From positions 1-37,612 of the forward strand of contig CAZFLO010000003.1 of assembly GCA_964519005.1 (NCBI GenBank): a DNA stretch of 37,612 nucleotides. Direction: 5' to 3'. This DNA comes from Candidatus Woesearchaeota archaeon. Lineage in GTDB: Archaea > Nanobdellota > Nanobdellia > Pacearchaeales > GW2011-AR1. The notes below the pieces were generated by a model that worked only from the letters and a program-made list of their open reading frames with translations, had not been told where the DNA came from and did not search any database. How positions within the stretch are numbered: the stretch's first letter is position 1; every line of letters starts with the position of its first letter. Below are positions 34,842 through 37,612 of this stretch, piece by piece. Position numbers and translations under genes: made by a program.

Positions 34842-34927
34842 TTCTGCAACAACAATAATCCACTCAGAAAATTCTAATTGTCAAAAAAAATATAAATAAA
34901 AAATAATAATAATAAAAATTTGCTAAA

Positions 34928-35128
34928 TTACTTTTTAGCTTTAGTTGTTTTCTTTTTTGATTTTCCTGTTGAACAAAGAGTTCCACAATCTCCATTAACA
35001 AATGAATGAAGAACTAAAAGAATACCAATTCCGAAAGTTATCCATTTAGCTACACTCCAGTCAATAAAAGTAAATATGATTAAAAATGCACCAAAAAGAA
35101 ATCCTCCGCATTTATGACACTTACACAT
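34928..35128 (-). CDS. Small two-TM Cys-containing membrane protein
   Basis: 66 aa. Strong SD GGAGGT is 5 nt upstream of the ATG. CKCHKCGG..., two hydrophobic helices and a basic tail. Confidence 0.55.
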   Translation of the reverse strand: MCKCHKCGGFLFGAFLIIFTFIDWSVAKWITFGIGILLVLHSFVNGDCGTLCSTGKSKKKTTKAKK

Positions 35129-35264
35129 TTTATACCTCCTTTAAGATTTTTTATCAAAAATATCTTAATCACTAAAATAGAAAATCATTTAATAAAGTTT
35201 CTAATAAAAAATTCAAACAAAGAAAATTAATTGGTAACTTTTTTTCTAGCTACTTTCTTTTTAG

Positions 35265-35480
35265 CTACTTTTTTTTAGTAACTTTTTTCTTTGCTTTTTT
35301 CTTTTTAGTTACCTTTTTTCTAACCGGTTTTTCTTGAACGACTTCCTGAATCTCGACTTCCTGAACGGGATCCACAATAATTTCTGGCCTCATCATAGAT
35401 CCATAAGGCGCAAGAACCCTTCTACGTTTATGTTCAATACCAAAAAGTCTCCTCAATCCCCTTGTAAATGCTGTTGTCAT
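35265..35480 (-). CDS. Small basic protein with KKKV(T/A) repeat tail
   Basis: 71 aa, ending RKKVTKKKKAKKKVTKKK. The repeat continues beyond the stop in another frame (see findings). Confidence 0.45.
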   Translation of the reverse strand: MTTAFTRGLRRLFGIEHKRRRVLAPYGSMMRPEIIVDPVQEVEIQEVVQEKPVRKKVTKKKKAKKKVTKKK

Positions 35481-35568
35481 ATTATTATAAGTCTCCCTTC
35501 TAAAATTACAACAGTTTCTTCCTCTTAAAAAGTTTTCTCTACTCGAGTTTTTTCCAATTTTGGTTCAA

Positions 35569-36000
35569 TTAATTATACTCAGGATAAAAATTTTTACTAG
35601 AAAGGTTAATTTCATAATTATTAGAGATATATTCTAATTCTGAAATAACATCTTTCACAGAAATTACTGGTTTTACTAAGATTAAAGTATACCCATCTTT
35701 TTTTAACTTCTCATATTTTCTAGAAAACATCTCTTCAAAAGCATTTTTTTCAAAATATTCCCAATAAAAATCAATTTGGAGAAAATTTCCCTCTCTTTGA
35801 GAATTTAATTTTACAAATTCAATTCCTTCAAAAGGCTCATTGAGATTCATTCCCTTAGGAGATAAAAATAGTTCAGGGTAATATTCCGCAGGATAAGATT
35901 TCCAAGGATTATCTAAAGTCCCAATTATTTTATTCAATTCTTGAGAATAAGATTTCTGAATATTATCTCCCAAAAAAGGAATTTTTGTGTTTCTAAACAT
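35569..36000 (-). CDS. Hypothetical protein
   Basis: 143-aa ORF with an ATG start. No domain recognised. Confidence 0.45.
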   Translation of the reverse strand: MFRNTKIPFLGDNIQKSYSQELNKIIGTLDNPWKSYPAEYYPELFLSPKGMNLNEPFEGIEFVKLNSQREGNFLQIDFYWEYFEKNAFEEMFSRKYEKLKKDGYTLILVKPVISVKDVISELEYISNNYEINLSSKNFYPEYN

Positions 36001-36039
36001 AATAAATTTAAAAAATAAATATTTAAAAATATTTATATC

Positions 36040-37245
36040 CTAAAACCAATCTTTCAAGTTTCTTTGAATTCCATAAATTTTTAACAATTTACTTTTATCA
36101 AAAATTAAATCACAATCAAAATCATATTTTATTTTCCCTATTTTCTTCACAGAATCCAGAAATTCCTTTTTATCGCTAAATTTCATAACTTCTCGGGCCA
36201 ATGCTTTCCTAACACTCTCCCTCACGACCCAAACCCCCAAAGAAGCCCAATAAGAAGGCGTCTCCAAACGAATAACCAAAATAGAAGCTTGTTTTCCAAT
36301 TGAATTCAGATATTCTACGACAGGTAATCGAGCCGCATAATATCCTCCAACACAATTCTGTGCATAACTCGTTCTGCCACTAAATCCCTCTGAATCCGTG
36401 GAAGCCTTCATTTCTGTTCCAGGATTCCAACTAGAACCAGGATAATACAACTCAAATAATTCATAACTCCAAACACCTGGAAAAAGCATAACCAGATATT
36501 GATTCCCCATAAATTCTCCAAAAAAGAACTCATAATCCTGAATCCAATTATTTTGCCTAACAGCTTTCAATAAATCCTTTGTAATCGTATCATCAGTAGC
36601 CGTGATACTCCAACGAGTCGGAACCATTCGCTTATCTTTCTTCATCCCCATCACACCAACAGACAAAATCTTCGCCAAACCATATTCATTAATTCCTGAA
36701 CTGTACAAATAATTCATCCCCTCATTTGCTTTAACCTCATCATTCATAATTCGATCAACTTTTTTATCAACTTTAACATTGGACGTAACTTTCGCATCTT
36801 TCAAATTCGCCTTCATCCCATGAGGAGTCAAAACCCTGTCCACCTTTTTCCCAATATTCACCTGATTTTTCAATTCAATTTCAACATCCACCGGACTTGA
36901 CGCAATGGCAATATCTTTAGCAATTTCAACAAAGCGTTTATTCAACCGAACATCAGTAACCTTCGATTGAAATCTTGAATTAAGTAAATTTTCCCTAAGA
37001 CCAATAACTTGTGGAATTGAATAATTATCTTTAGCCCAAGTCTTCGCATCATCAAAAATCCCCGCATCATCAACTTTCTCAATCGGAGACAAAATCCCCA
37101 CATTCACAGTTGGGTATTTTAATTTGGACCCAATAAAAACAGAAGGCGGACTAATCGATTCAAATTTGGAAATGCGTTTCAAATCCCGGGCCTTCATTCG
37201 AAGAGTACTTAATTTTTCAACAACTTCAAATTTTAGATCTTTCAT
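36040..37245 (-). CDS. nreA: NreA-like archaeal DNA repair protein (DUF650/DUF651 type)
   Basis: 401 aa. SPPSVFIGS and MVPTRWSITATDD match my recollection of the Nre family. C-terminal PIP box QRNLKDWF. TATA-like box is 25 nt upstream. Confidence 0.6.
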   Translation of the reverse strand: MKDLKFEVVEKLSTLRMKARDLKRISKFESISPPSVFIGSKLKYPTVNVGILSPIEKVDDAGIFDDAKTWAKDNYSIPQVIGLRENLLNSRFQSKVTDVRLNKRFVEIAKDIAIASSPVDVEIELKNQVNIGKKVDRVLTPHGMKANLKDAKVTSNVKVDKKVDRIMNDEVKANEGMNYLYSSGINEYGLAKILSVGVMGMKKDKRMVPTRWSITATDDTITKDLLKAVRQNNWIQDYEFFFGEFMGNQYLVMLFPGVWSYELFELYYPGSSWNPGTEMKASTDSEGFSGRTSYAQNCVGGYYAARLPVVEYLNSIGKQASILVIRLETPSYWASLGVWVVRESVRKALAREVMKFSDKKEFLDSVKKIGKIKYDFDCDLIFDKSKLLKIYGIQRNLKDWF

Positions 37246-37335
37246 AATGGAAATAAGGGAGTAAAGATTTATATGGATTTATCTCTTTGAATTGAAACTA
37301 AAAAGATTTATAACATCAAACAAATTTTAAAAATT

Positions 37336-37599
37336 ATGATCAAAACCAAATTGTGTTCAAGAGATAATAAACTAATCACAGCATGGGAAAATGAATTCAA
37401 AAATTATCCAAAAATTGAAATAATAAAGGGAGACATCTTTAGACAAAAAGCAGACGCAATCGTCAGCCCAGGAAATTCATTTGGTCTAATGGATGCTGGT
37501 TTAGACAAACTAGTGAACAACTACTTTAATTTTAATCTAGAAAAAAAACTCCAAGAAAAAGTGAAACTCCCAACCGCAGCAAGCTGCGGGGCATCTTAA
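37336..37599 (+). CDS. Macro-domain protein, N-terminal part only (truncated)
   Basis: IIKGDIFRQKADAIVSPGNSFGLMDAGLD is the N-terminal macro-domain signature. The ORF stops after 87 aa in GC-rich sequence next to the window end. Confidence 0.5.
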   Translation: MIKTKLCSRDNKLITAWENEFKNYPKIEIIKGDIFRQKADAIVSPGNSFGLMDAGLDKLVNNYFNFNLEKKLQEKVKLPTAASCGAS

Positions 37600-37612
37600 G
37601 TAAAAGCTAATA

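Overview
AT-rich, gene-dense archaeal chromosome segment. The gene content points to a small-genome, DPANN-like archaeon (inference): FEN1, family-B DNA polymerase, TFS, Sec11-type signal peptidase, type-2 MetAP, two Cdc48/VAT ATPases, NreA, TrmB-type regulators, topoisomerase IA, Trm5 and a Nop2/Nip7 pair. Most first genes have a TATA-like box about 25 nt upstream of the ATG, so they look leaderless. Internal operon genes carry SD-like motifs and overlapping stop/start codons. One tRNA-Lys(CUU) is present. No rRNA, CRISPR array, integrase or transposase was seen. The best candidates for undescribed biology are: (1) a tightly coupled six-gene operon (27128-29408, minus strand) of proteins with no domain I recognise, bracketed by two paralogs and faced by a divergent wHTH regulator; (2) two paralogous, extremely short protein-kinase-like genes that share a conserved upstream block, one of them in a cluster with a CheD-like Cys-His protein and other orphans; (3) a tRNA-Lys locus surrounded by partial copies of its own 5' and 3' ends at about 100-nt spacing, plus leader/trailer complementarity; (4) a PolB with intact catalytic Asp residues but a non-canonical steric gate and motif B; (5) an AbrB-like/Cdc48/sHSP/Cdc48 operon with a 12-bp palindrome over its start codon. 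All functional calls come from motif recognition by eye, not from database searches.
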